Position numbers and translations under genes: made by a program
Shown: positions 11,078 to 24,896 of the stretch, in pieces
Layout of the letters: the number at the start of each line of letters is the position of its first letter
Position numbering within the stretch: the stretch's first letter is position 1
Source: Ptychomitrium polyphyllum
Taxonomy: Eukaryota
NCBI GenBank assembly: GCA_973851085.1
Contig: OZ316775.1
Span: 7,254,001-7,318,000 of the forward strand
Direction: 5' to 3'
DNA: 64,000 bases
Notes under the pieces: generated by a model
Database searches by the model: none
Seen by the model: the letters and a program-made list of their open reading frames with translations, nothing else
Told to the model about the DNA's origin: nothing

Positions 11078-13441
11078 CTGAACACATCAAAATCAGACAT
11101 CAGCGCTACATGGAGTATTTAAAGACCCTTCACAAACAGTGACTTGTAATTGCTTCAGGCTCTTCTAGAAACAGGGGAGGTTTAGTTGCTAACTCTGGCA
11201 TAAAAATACTGCATTACGTGTTGGAACAGCTGCATCAAAAAGAACAGTTTGTCTATTGAGTCAGCTGTAATCCAAAATCATATCGTCGCTCCGCAAAGAG
11301 ATGGCTCTATTTCACACTTTAGAGTGACGGCATTCAAAGGGCCTCCACGCCCATTCGTAGATATCGAACCGCCTTTGTGACCACGTTAGATGCTGGCAGC
11401 GGAAGAACTTAGCCTGAATGAGAACCAAAAGTAAACGATACGTCAGAATAACCAGAGCTACACCTCTTTTGATGCTTTAGGGGAATATGCAGGGTTAGAT
11501 GCACATATTGATAGACTGCACTCGGCTGTTGGATCGAAGCTCCCGTTGGGGAGAAAAAAAAGCAAAACCTTCAGGCTTTAAAAATGACTAAATCAGGGAC
11601 CGTGAGCACTTCACAGGCAGTTGGGTAACGCTAAGTTTTCTTCTTGGGAAATGTTACAGCTTCCACATAAATCTGGGCATGTAGGTCATGTCAATTGTCG
11701 AAGTAGATTCAAGTGGAATAGAATGAGGGTCAACATTCGGAAGATGAGAACGTAGGGATTTTGCTTGGCCTAAGGTTCTAAATCGATAACCCAACTGCAT
11801 GATAAATCTCATAAACTAAGATCTTGGGGGACAAACATAAGCCTTCTCTCTGACTGTAGCCTAATCACCCTACATCATCACTTACATTGAGTCCTGAATC
11901 AAACCGTTGCAGGCAGGGATGTCGTAAATCTGACAAGTTCTTTAGAGCCAGGATCGTAGCAGGTCCCTGTCCCTCGCGTCGACGACAATATCTTACGTCG
12001 GCGGCTTCTCCACACATATTGCTCAACACTAGCGTTTGTCTCTTCCATCTCTATGACCTGCCATACCAGATTATTCTATTCAGACGCGAGACAATTTCGA
12101 ATGCTGCACCATTTGCCCATGTCGTGACAGTTCTACTAGCTTTTGATCGTGAAGTGCACAACATAATAAACATCATTATACAAAGTGTGCGGCATAAGCA
12201 ATCGATATGTGCTTCTTCCTAACGTGACGAAAGAGACATGTACAACGTCAGGTTCTGTTACAGTTGTAAGGCTGTTCTATACCAGAAGTGGCCTTCGAAG
12301 TCAACGACAACCATAAATCTTTTGCTCAAATCCACAGCGATATGATCACTCTTACAGCTGCTGAGCATCAGTCCTTGTGTTGTAGTATCATCAGGCTCCA
12401 TGGCCGTTGTCGCCAGGCCGAGGGGTTCACACGCATGACGCAACGTCATGATGCATTTGAAAACTCATTTGTACGCAGGTTACTTACATCAACAAAACTA
12501 AAGAGAGCGGAATCCTTCTATGTTTGAAGCGGAGCTCAGATACAAGCTGAGATGTGCAGCGACCAGAATCAAGCCTGAAGGCGATCTGTGTGTTGAAGTT
12601 TGTGCCTCTGAGTACCTTGTGGTTGGGCCAGTGCCATAATGAGGTAGGTTGGAAAAAGTGATGGATCGTAGGAGATGGCGCTCACTGATTGAGCTGCATC
12701 GCCAGACTCCAGGAGCTTCTACAAAAGAGAACTGCTGTGACAGATTCTCCTCCAGGTTAGTCTGTGTGTTCTCTTGTGTCCTGACAGTACCACCGCCAAC
12801 CATTAACTCCTTGTCAGATTTTCTCACGTGCTGTGATTCACTCCTCTCTGCTCCACTCTGTAGAGTTATGGCAGGGCTTGTGCTTGTGTAGGTACATCGC
12901 TAAAGTCGGAGGTTGAATTTGTCGTCAACAGCTCTCCTCCTAATCTTAGTGACTCTGCTCTGGAGTATGGTGAGAGCTAGATTATGTGTACAGGGCTGTC
13001 CATCAATCTGCCCTTCTTCTTCCCGTTATGATCTTCCACGTGCGTACTTAGGATGTGCCATTCAGTTTCCGAACTCATGGGACAAGAGGCAATTGGAGGA
13101 CACACGATTAGATAAGTGTTCATGGTTGGCTTCTCCCACACTCCTCTTGCCATATGCAGGTTTTCTGTGCGTTGGTGCTGAAAGATTATAGATAGAGATC
13201 ATGGCGAGTGTTGAGAATGACATAGGTTTTGATGGGAATGCTTCAAGATTTGGAGAGGCGCATTGTGGCTAGGAGCTCGCAGTAGCATTGTAGTGCATGA
13301 GACCATGCTTATTGCTGCCCACAACCGCATTGGCGCTGCAGAGACACTACTAATCAAGAGCGGGATCTTTTAGGGGTTATAGGAATCAGCTCTGTAGCAC
13401 TCTTTGTTGAACGCTGATTCAAGGTTTGGCACATCAGAGCT

Positions 13442-16400
13442 ATGGCTGGCGCCTCTTCAGCAATGAGTTATACGGTGTGCGTAGCGGTGATATGGGTGTC
13501 CATGCTGGTGTCGCAGCTAAATGCTCAGCCAGGTACTGTTTCTTTGGCCGCATTTCCAAAGCTCATCTTCTGAGAAGCTCGTGTGTCTAGTGCAGCACTG
13601 GCCATGTTGTGTGACCCCGTGGTTATCCTGTTCGACATCTCTGGGGAAGTCTGAGTAGGAATATACAGGCTTGGTTCATTTCCAAAAATATGATTTGGTC
13701 TTCGACTATTTCTATCGTAGAATGTAAAACAAGTTATCTCGCATTGTTGTTTTCCAGTGAGCTGTTCTGATTTGTAGCTGTATCTTCTTTGAGTTTTGAT
13801 GTACTCCAGGGTTCATCAATATCGACTGCGGTGCGAATGCTCCCAACCATGACACAGCTCTCAACATGACATGGACGACGGATGCAGGGTATATCTGCGC
13901 TGGGGTGAACGACGTTAACGAGGGAAATGCCTTCATCTTCAACCCTGTACACACATTGAACACAATTCGAAAGTTTTTAGGACCGCGCAACAAGAGTTGC
14001 TATACGTTACCAGTTACGAGGAATGTGACCTACTTTATCCGCATGTCGTTCATTTCTCAAAGCCCCCCACCTGAGTTCGACATTGTTGTAGAGGCGACGC
14101 GAATTAGATCGGTCGACTCGTTCAATGGTGATTATGTGGAGGTCATTCTCAAAGCAACGCGAAACGACATGTATGTGTGCTTGTTGCGGACAGCTCCAGC
14201 AGATGTTCCCTACATCTCGTCCTTGGAGCTTCGCCCGCTGGATTCTGGCATGTACGCCTTGGTAGAGAAAGGGTACTATTTGTTACATAGCGATCGCAAG
14301 AACTTCGGTGCTGATAAGCTGACAATTATAAGGTATGGTTTATTGAGTTTTCTTAGATGTATATCAGGTGAATGTTATATCATCTTTTAATTTGAAGGTT
14401 CAAAGCTGAGCGCTGCTTGTGATTATCCAGGTACCCGGACGATCCATTTGACAGGATATGGATAGGTGAGAATGTTCTCGGCATATCAATCAATACAACG
14501 CAGACAATCTCCAGTGGATCCGCATCCAACAAGCCTCCAATGGCTGTCATGAAGACTGCAAAGCTTTTGAGGGGATCCCAGTACAATCCTTGGGTTCCGA
14601 ATGTTGAATATTACGTTGTCCTCTATTTTGCCGAAATCGATGAAAGCATGAATGCAACTTCCCGTCGATTCGATGTCTCTCTTGACAGCAAGCCGTGGGT
14701 GGTCGATTTCAGTATTCTGGTTGCGTCGGGTGCCAATGGCTTATTCACGACCCTACAAGTTGAGAGAACATATGCAGCCATAGCACAGTTCGGGAATTTC
14801 ACTTTTAATCCTTGTGTGGATTCAAGCGGCCTTCCAATGCTGAACGCTTATGAGGCGTATCAAGTATTTAAGGATGTGCAAGAGCGGACTTTCTGGCCTG
14901 ATGGTAACGAGCTTCTCTGGCCCAACTCAGTACTCGTCGTTTAACAGCATGATCGTCTTGTTTTCTTCTAAAATGAACACAGTGATTTTTTGTATTTATG
15001 TGACAGTGATCTTAGTGCTTATTTCTTGGAGTTAAAGTAGCGAAGTTTTCCTTAAAAAAAATATCTTGCTTTCAGGACACGGTTCACCTTCTCTTCAATT
15101 TTTAACTGGCGAAGGATTTGAACAGTGCAGCCATTGCCATCGAGGACATAAAGGAGCGGTACAATCTCACTGATTGGAGTGGTGATCCATGTTCTCCTTA
15201 TCCTTACGACTGGCTAACGTGCACACTGGACTTTAGTGGCCCTCGCATTTCTACTTTGTAAGTCGTTTTTGATTGCCTTTTCATTGTAATTTCTTCTTAA
15301 TCGTCACCGTCTTCAATCTGGGACAGAGCAGACTCTACATTCCCTAGGTTTTATGAATTGCTACAACAACTTTTGAAACCAGTGTTTACTGCTCGACCCT
15401 CTATTCGTGAGCTTTCTTCCAAATGCGCCTAGCTTGCAAGGCACCCTGGCTTCTTAGAATATTCAGATACCTTCATGGTAAAGTCAAGAGCTTGCAAGCT
15501 GTAAAATGGCCCAGCTCCATTGAAATTAATCATCAGCCACAGCAGTGGCATTGAACCACGTAAAAAAAAGTAGACTTTAGTATTACATGTCCTAACACAT
15601 CAGTTAATTGCAGGAAACTTGCGAATATGAATATTTCTGGTCCACTCGTAACAAGTATTGGCAACCTCACGGCGGTGACTTCCATGTAAGCAGTTCTGAA
15701 CTGGCAGTGACATTGTAATTATCAATGGTACGTCAAATGCTTTCGCTCACTCGAGGTTTTTCTGGAGCTCTTGAACTCACACGAGATTATGTCCTGTTTT
15801 GGGTGGTTTCAGATGGTTGAGTAACAACCTCTTGAGTGGACCAATTCCAGATTTCAGTCAGCTGAAGAACCTCACACACTTGTATGATGTATAACCGATG
15901 CCTCTGCAAGATCTGTGAATATTAAGCCATTACTTTTATGATACCACGAGGCTGCTACAAGTGTTTCATGTAGATTCAGTACACTACATTGTAATGCGTG
16001 ATGACTGAGGACTATAGGCTAATTATTTTCAAAACTCTCAGTTATTTAGAGCAGGACTCACTAACCATGGCGATACTCAATAGTGGTTTCTATGTTGGTG
16101 TATCTTGATTTTCTAGGTACCTACAACACAATTCTCTATCAGGAGCAATCCCACAGTCGCTTGTTGATCTACCAAGCTTGCAAGAGCTGTAAGTAGTGAC
16201 CATACCTGTCTCACAGCACATGAACTCGTTGCAAACAAAGCATCTATTCTTCGTCGTGTACTAACCATAACTTCATTTCTATGATACACTATGGTTTCCT
16301 CACTGCCTAACAGTGTCTTTGATGCAGAACTATGCGAACTATGACAGTAGTTAATCTCGATAAAATTCTCATAATCTAAATGATCTATATTCGGATATAT

Positions 16401-19243
16401 AATTGCTAGAATGCTCACAGGTATTTGCAGGACAACCATCTGGGAGGGAGTCTACCCAATACAGGCAGCAAGTCCCTAATTATGAAGTAAGTGGAGTGGC
16501 AGAAGACCTTGCCACTACTATATCAAACTTCAAATGGAGAGACTGATATGCCAAACTTGAGTTGATATGGTTTTTGTTAAACATGGGTATAGTATTTGAT
16601 CTGATAAATTAAATGTTTTAGATCTATATTTTGCATGACAGTTCGGAACGTTTGACTAAAGTGTCTGCATTCTTCGGGGAGGAACAGTGTATCAGGAAAT
16701 CCAATACTTTGTCAAGGTCATAACGCATGTAGGATGATTTCAAATGGGCACTCCGGAAACCGGAAGTCACACGTCCTCTCTATAATGGTTGGAATTTTGG
16801 GATTCCTCTTGATCTTGATGGGTTTTTATGCTCTCTACCGTTGGCGTCGATGCAAACACAAACACTACGTGGAATCGGGTATGACCTTGAAACGATATGT
16901 TTGTTATTTAAAATAACTAATGTTTTGGAACTTTCTTAATGATGTTGTGGAGCCAAACAGAGGTTTTATTGTGAACTGTAATGCATTCATGAGTATCAAC
17001 TTCTCTCTGGAGGGATTGTAGGGAAGAGAATCGACAAGCAGCACAGTTTCCAGAACCATACTCAGAACTTCAATCTACGAGAATTAAGGACTGCAAGTAA
17101 GAACTTCAGCAAGAAGATTGGTGAAGGGGGCTTTGGTCCTGTTTACTACGGAAAACTGGCAGATGGCCAAGAAGTGGCGATCAAAGTTTCAAACGGAATC
17201 TCAAAGCAAGGACAATCTGAATTTTTTACTGAGGTAAAAACTTCGACAACGTCAAAGCAATTAAACAGATCATTAAAATGAGCAGTTTCGATTTAGAAAC
17301 TCAGTACTCCTTCCAGCCCTGTCTAAGAATCTTCAATTGTCTATGATAAGATTTCTTGCAAAATGATTCTGACAGAAGGTTCCCAATACGCCCATATTAA
17401 AATGATGCACATTTAGCATACAACAACCCAAGTCAATGTTCTTATTGGTTACTTGGTATCCTTGTTTTTAAAGGTGGACTTGCTTTCTCGAATCCATCAC
17501 AAGAACCTTGTTAACTTATTGGGCTATTGTCAAGATAAGGAAAAGCAAATGTTGATCTATGAGTACTTTCTAAATGGGAGCCTGCGAGATCACTTATATG
17601 GTAAGGCGTCCTTGTCAACTTGTTTCACTTTGCTTTAAGCTGTCACTAAGCATAAGCAAGAGCCTGTGACTTAGTCTAATTCAATATTTAGAATTCACTT
17701 GATAACTCTTTCACCAGTATGTCTAGTAGCCCACCCAGTAGACCCAAGAAAGATTGAATTTTGCTTCTAACAATGTGCTCATTTGATTATGTGGCGTTTG
17801 ATTTAGGTCCAGCTACAACGACTCCGCTTAGCTGGAATACTCGTGTCCATATTGCCCTTGATGCTGCACATGGTATGTCAACTTTAAAATAACCTCCACA
17901 ACCGTTCAAACTCTTGGTTGTCTGGATTTGCTGAAGCTCGACTGGTATGGTGAGGGATCATGGGTGTTGTGTTGGTTGGCTGATCGGCTTTCTGATTGCT
18001 GTGAACATTTAGTAGCTAGTTCTTTATTTCTCTGAAACAGAGTCTGACACACATTCATCCAGATAGTCTAACATACGTTTTTCATTTACAGGCTTGGAAT
18101 ATTTGCATATAGCATGTCGCCCTAATATTATTCACCGAGACGTGAAGAGTAGCAATATTTTGCTCACGGAGCATATGGAGGCAAAGGTTTCAGATTTTGG
18201 CCTCTCAAAGCTTGCTTTGCAAGCTGAAGGTGTCTCCCACATCTCAACTCTCGTCAAAGGAACTGCAGGCTATCTTGACCCAGAGTAAATTCCTCATCCT
18301 TTCCACATCAACATTGAATTAGTACTAATGTTACCAATTTTTTAAGCTCTATGTTTCTATACTGAACACGATAAAGTAAAGTTCAGAATTTGTCTCGGTT
18401 ATGTCTATGTTAATTTTGAAGCTGTGAGTCCTTAAGTAGTTCACAAACCTTACACGAATATCTGCGATTAAAAAGAGATAGAGAAGATTCATGCAACTTT
18501 TGTCGTGGTGTCCTGAAGGTACTACATCTCCCAAAAGTTGACAGTGAAGAGCGACGTCTATAGTTTTGGTGTGGTATTGTTGGAGCTCATTTGCGGACGG
18601 CCGCCCATCAGCATGTCACTGTCCGATCCTAGCCAAAAGTTGAGCATTACCGAAGTGGTAAGTTGGTCTGTTTACCTCAGAAACACATCCTAATATGCCT
18701 TCACTTTTTCTCCAATCAAGGTAATAGATCAAACAAACAGCCTTCTAAAGAAATATTCCCAACATCCTCACAGATTCTTCATTTGCAGGAAAGATCTGCA
18801 ATTTTTATTACACTTAAGACTAGGAGCTAATCACCGTCATTGAAATACGCTGGTACTTTTAGATTCTAATCACTCCTATTTGTGTTCCTTGGAAATTAAC
18901 TTATCAGGTGAGGCCACATTTACAAGCGGGAAACTTGCAAGAAATCGTGGACCCAGACCTGCAGTCAGACTTCAGCTTGGACAGCATGTGGAAGGTGATC
19001 GAAGTGGCAATGGCGAGCGTAGAGCCGAAGGAAGGGCATAGGCCAAACATGCAGGAAGTGGTGCAAGAGCTTCGGGAGGCCGCGTGTATAGAGGACCAAC
19101 GGTGTGCGAAGCTTGGATTACGTCAAGGGAGAGACGGACGGCTCTCCAGTGCAGGATCAGAGCTCACAGCTCGAGGTGAAAATTTTACAGATACATCTCA
19201 AGAGTCTATGGGCTCACGCTACTCCATGCCATCTCCTAGATAA
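13442..19243 (+). CDS. Malectin-like LRR receptor-like Ser/Thr kinase (LRR-I type), about 15 exons
   Basis: Signal peptide exon MAGASS...LNAQP. Malectin-like motifs [31 protein letters not shown] and [12 protein letters not shown] cap WSGDPC followed by four short LRR exons (e.g. [12 protein letters not shown]). TM segment [22 protein letters not shown]. Kinase motifs [38 protein letters not shown] and SDVYSFG. Stop at 19241-19243. Confidence 0.95.
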
Positions 19244-22200
19244 ATATTTTTGCCGTTATTTTTCGGGCCAGTTAGCTATACAGTAAGATTATCCACATTT
19301 TTTCCGGTTATAGGATACGTTTTATTGGAGTAAACTATTCGGACTGATTGCGTGATGATTTTGCACTTTGCAACACATTTGCGGCGGAGTCTACAATATA
19401 CCACCAATTACTGATTGTTTTTGGTGAACACAAAACGTATGATTTTATCACATACGTTTGTATGTAGCCTTCCTTATTCTAACGCTATTTTTTTTTTCCT
19501 TCTGATACTATATTTTGTGGAACTCACACTTTTATGATCAAACACATTTATAATTAGTGTTTGTTTAAATAGGATCTAATCAATTGTTCTTCTATTTTTT
19601 GTCACTTACATTATATTAGCATATCATAAAAATAAATATTTATAGTTTAAAATCTGTTCTATATATTAGGCCAAAGCTGTTTGATGCGATTAAAAAAACT
19701 TTAGTTTGATTTTCTTAAGTATAATGTAGAGGGGACAACTCAAAAAATACCAAACATAATTACGGTTTACAAGTTTTTAATTTTACTAAGTTAATTCCTA
19801 ATTTCTAATAAGTTTTTTTTAAATGAAAACTTGGTATAATTTACTGATGGTTTTTCAAATGAAGCACTAGTTCAAAATGTAAGAGCTAAAATTATATACA
19901 CTAAATTATATAAGGGAAAACTAATTAGAAATCTCCATGTGTTTTCTGCGAATACATATGTTCACCAAAGCGTTGTCTGCCTTAATAATACTTAAAATAG
20001 AGCTTCATATTTTAGTAGCAACTGCTGTAGATTCTGGGCGTAGAGTTTGGCTGACCAGGAGATTGGTTGCCTGAATCCCCGATGCCTAATACATTAGATA
20101 TCATTTTTTATTATTAGAAGTGAAACCGTGAAACAAGGATGGGGTGCAGATTACATTATTAAATACTAATTTAATTACTGCTTGAGATATTCAAGTTGCG
20201 AGATGCGGAACACTGTCTCCAAGGAGGCAAAGAAAGCATGAACTTCAGATGCCAATTTTTCTGTGGACGTCATGCTCCTTACATGCAATCAGTCAACTGA
20301 CAAATTCATACCTTATTCCCTAGTGGAACTTGTTAGAATGATACAAGCGACTTCTCATCCCCATAAGCACGGTCTGATAGACCAAGAATTCAAGGGAGGC
20401 CAGTGTCAACACTTGGAGGCAGGCCCTTTCCGTCATGCATGCTCACCACTGTTACCAAATTTTCCATCATTTTCAAGCTCAGACCTTACTTGTGAATGTA
20501 CATCTAAACTTCCTGCTCATGTATGAAAAAGTTCCACTTCTAAATAGAGCCTGTACTTAAAGAACTTATTGAATTCAACAGAAAATTCTATTCTTAGTTT
20601 GAAGATATTTCATAATCAAACCATCTCTAGCTATGTCTGATCCAAGTTTTTCAAGTTCCCGAAAATCAAGTATGCAAAGTTCCAATCCAGTTCTGTTTGT
20701 TTTAATATTGAGTATTTTCAGTTTTATACTGCTAACATAGAAGTGATTGGGAAGATTCTGCACTATTATAACACCGCATACACCCCTGATGGTGCTTAAT
20801 TTCAGCAACATTTCACTTGACCCGTCACCTGCTTTTTAAAATTTGGGAACTTAAAATAGTTCTTGGGAATTCAATGCTTACGTCTGAACAGTTGTCGTAG
20901 AGTGGACTGCTGTGCACAAAATAGGTCAACTTCGAATTGAATGATGTTCACACAACTGTCCAAAAACACGTTATCTATTGTACCCACTCGAACTCCGAAC
21001 TCAGTCCCCAAAGATTGAGAATCAAAGCTACACAATGGACACAAACGCATTCCTAGAAATACCGTGAAATTAGGCAGGAAATGCTCCAAAATTAAAATTC
21101 AGTGGCTATTTTCAAGTACAAAGTCAAAACAAATAATATTTGCACAGGCAGAACTCAATCATGCCTGGAAACTCAATTCTAGTCAAGAATGAGAAAGGTG
21201 GAAAAGAAAAAGAGTAAGGAGAAGCAGAAAGGCTGCTTGGACTTCTCAACCTACTCTACAGTGAAGGATGGTCCTTTTCGCCTGAGTATCACCCAACTAC
21301 TATACATTGAATGTTTATGGAATGCTCATTGTGTGTACAATGCTCTCCTATGTGGAGATAGTTCCTCATGACATGTGTGTCCTAAGACTTACAAACACAG
21401 CATTTTCCTGGTGTTGAGTTTATTTTGGCACAAAGGATGCAATTGACAAGAGGAGGCATCATTGCAGCCTTGAACTTAGTTTTGGCAATGGCAGATACCA
21501 TGGAGAATAGCACACTGTCGGTGGATTCCTTGCAAGCAACTGAGCTTAGGCCCATGTGATTTAAGAGATTTAGCAAAAGTGAAGCAATTCTAAGGGGAGT
21601 GCTTTTTGGCAAGTAACAGCAACAAAAGATGCAGAAAAATGTTTTGGGCACAAAACAAAGGTTTGAGAGAGATTTCTGACTGTGGTCTGTATTTATGAAT
21701 TGGTTTGATGTCAATCTTCTTAAAGTTTTGTATGCTACCAAGTACAGACCGTGTCTCTTCTTTCCTTTCTTTGTTTTACTACAAACAAAACGAATCTTTC
21801 CAGTAACCAATTAGCAAACAATTGCTCTTTGAAGGATGGATTGGTAAGAATACAAACAATACGAGATGGATTGAAATTGCAAATGAAACTAGGTTCTCCA
21901 AAGTTTTTCTTTTAGAATTTTGTAACCAAATAGACGTCACATATTCAATGAACTGCATGCAATCCTTTTTGTTTGACTGAGTATGGCATAATATGTATGA
22001 TCAAACATACTTAAGTGATTTTTCCTTAAAAAAAATATGTATTAAGCCAATCTCAATGAAAGTGAAGTATTTTTAAGATAGATCAATTGTGACTTAGAAA
22101 GAACCTGTAAGATGCTACATTTAATTGATTCGATTGAAAACTTTATAGCCATTTTTTATAAACTGTCTTTTTGCCATTGCAAATATCCTTCCTTTTCTTT

Positions 22201-23406
22201 TTAAGCTTAAATTTTGATATTTTACTAAAAGAATATGGAATGATGTACAATGGTTAGTTAAAGTTGCAATGATCCTCACATCTTCAGTTCTCTAATTTCT
22301 TGACATTAAAACATTAATATTGCACCAAATTAAAATTTAATGTGCACTAAGAAATCAATTTTGTTCCATACAATGGAATATGTATCATATGCCCTTGATG
22401 GATTTCTAATGCTATATATGTTTGTATTGCAATGTATGTTGTGGCTTCAAATAAAGACTTTTTAAAATTTCAAGCTTAAGTTATTATCTACATAATAGAA
22501 GGAAATTAGTAGAGAATCAGTTGTAATTGTAAATCTAACAATATTCCTTGCATTCTTGGAATACATGGCATTCTAAAATATGAGAAGGATTTATTTGTTT
22601 ATAAAGAAGATTCAAATGACATCTTTTTTTTCTAATTTGTAATCAATTATTACATCTATTGCATGAATTCTCAAAATCCCATATTAGTGCTAAATATGCT
22701 TAGTTACCATTTTTAAAAAGAATAGTTTTAGTAGGTATTCAAGACTATAGTGTGGCATATTATGTAATTTTATCAATTGTTTTCCAATGTTCAATATAAA
22801 TCCAGCTAGTTCATCAATACAAACACTACATTAATTATTCTAATTATTAAAAAAATCTACTATTAATATAAAACTTTACACCACCCTTTATACAAAACTA
22901 GTCCAAAATTTATCAAATCTATATAAGAATTCAATAATAGAACATTATTTAATAAAATCAATAATATCTTTCTATCAATCTTTCAAAATTCAATTACAAA
23001 AATCATTTCATTCACACTATTTTCCATGTTAAAACACAAGTACAAACCGCATCATATCTATAGTACAACTACTTTGAGAGGCCTCAATTCTTGCCATGCA
23101 GAAGCATGCTCTAGTTCCAAATCACTCTAAAACTCTCACACTCTCTAGCTTATTATAAATGGCAACAATGGATGTAATAAGAAGCTTGAAAACACTACTC
23201 CATAAGGGCTACTTTATACCTTCTCTTATAGAAAAACCTCATTCCAAACCATGTATAAATTAGGCACAATACAGAATATAATCAAAGATAGGAAGACACT
23301 AAATCAACCAAGATAAAAGAAAAGTACTTTCCTATGAATCAACTTTCACATCACTATCCTCAATTAAAGAACTCGCTACAATAATTACTACCATGTAAAC
23401 AACCAA

Positions 23407-23700
23407 CTCATCCACCCCTCATCCCCCCTCATCTCCCTTCATCTCCCTTCATCCATCCTTCATCCCCCCCTCATCCCCCCTCATCCCCCCTCATCCATCC
23501 TTCATCCCCCCTCATCTCCCCTCATCCCCCTCATCCCCCCCTCATCCCCCCTCATCCATCCTTCATCCCCCCTCATCTCCCCTCATCCCCCCTCATCCCC
23601 CCCTCATCCATCCTTCATCCCCCCTCATCCCCCCTCATCCATCCTTCATCCCCCCTCATCTCCCCTCATCCCCCCTCATCCCCCTCATCGCCCCTCATCC
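23407..23700. repeat. C-rich minisatellite (CTCATCCCCC)n with variant units
   Basis: About 290 bp of 9-11-nt units, with a recurring ATCCATCCTT variant at 23451, 23493, 23554, 23606 and 23637. Confidence 0.95.
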
Positions 23701-24868
23701 AGCTTCAAACCAATTCTTCCATGGGCGATGGGGTGCAAAGGGTGGTGCAAAGCCTTGCAAGAGAACTTTCAACCTTCAACTTTCAGCCTTGATGAAATCG
23801 CAGCAACTAGAATGCTGGAATGGTTGCTGGAACGGTTGGGTGAAAGGCTGGAAACATGGCAGAGATCTGGTCTGCGCAGGAAATGGATGAGAAGGGTAGA
23901 GGCAGCGAGGCAGAGGCAGAGGCCGAGAGGGAGGGCAGAGGGCCCTACGAGGCGGGAAGTCAGCGTCGCCTGCGAGGATTCCCACCACGCTTTCGCCGCA
24001 ACAGACGCGTCTCGTGCAGGGCTACCCAAGGGATTCACAAGGGATTCACAAGGGCTCCGCCGATCCACCCCCAGTTGCAGTTTCTTGTTTCCTGGCTCTT
24101 CTTGCTGCACAACCAAGGCTCCACTTTTTTCGTCACTGCCCCGGATGGTCGGATGTCAGATCGTGCCTAAAGCCCTGGAGAATTCTCCGGTTTGGATGAT
24201 GGGCGCTTGGTTTTCAAGTCGACTGAGAATAGCACAGACTACAGTTTTGTGCTCTTTGCAACCACAGGGACGCATCTTTGATCATGTGGTCAGTGCAGAG
24301 TAGTTGGTTCTCGGGGTTGGCTGATGGTGGCTTGGCTTTCGACGTTACTTGGAACGTCGGAGACTTGAGTTCTGTGCTGTCTGTTCAACCATCTGACGCG
24401 TCTTAGATCATGCTAGTTTGGATTGATTACGTCGACTGTAGGCCAACTGTGGGCGCCCGACTGTGCAGCTGGCCATAGCAATGGCACAGGGGTTGTGCAG
24501 TCGGCATTGTGGTACAGTGGTTCGGTTTCTGAGACTAGTATAGGGAGTGCGTGAATGGGTGGTGAGTTTGGTGTTTGAGTCTACGGTGGAGTGCAGGAGT
24601 TGATGGTTTAGGGGTGACTTCGGGTTGGCAGAAGAAGGGGTGGCTTGGGTCGGAAGATAGGATTTAGTGTAGCTTGGGTCCCTGTGGTTCAGTAATGTGG
24701 GCGACACGCCTGGTGATGTGCAAGGAACGCAATCGGGGCAGGGTTTTCCGTGGTGGAATCTTTACGTCGAGTGTGGATGCGGGATCTGGGACGAAGGAAC
24801 AAGGGATGAGGATGGAAATGAGGTCTAGTGGATAGGTTGGTGGAGTTGGGAGGTTCTGTAGTCGACGA

Positions 24869-24896
24869 CGAGGAGGAGGAGGAGGAGGAGGAGGAG
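24869..24896 (+). repeat. (GAG)n microsatellite
   Basis: About nine GAG units in the presumed 5' leader/intron of the PX gene. Confidence 0.9.

Noticed and set aside
23407..23700. Possible CRISPR-like or telomeric array
   Set aside because: No unique spacers, the context is eukaryotic, and the unit is not TTTAGGG.
23728..24303. 191-aa ORF and overlapping ORFs on both strands upstream of the PX gene
   Set aside because: Composition reflects GA-rich promoter/leader repeats, and no protein family is recognisable.
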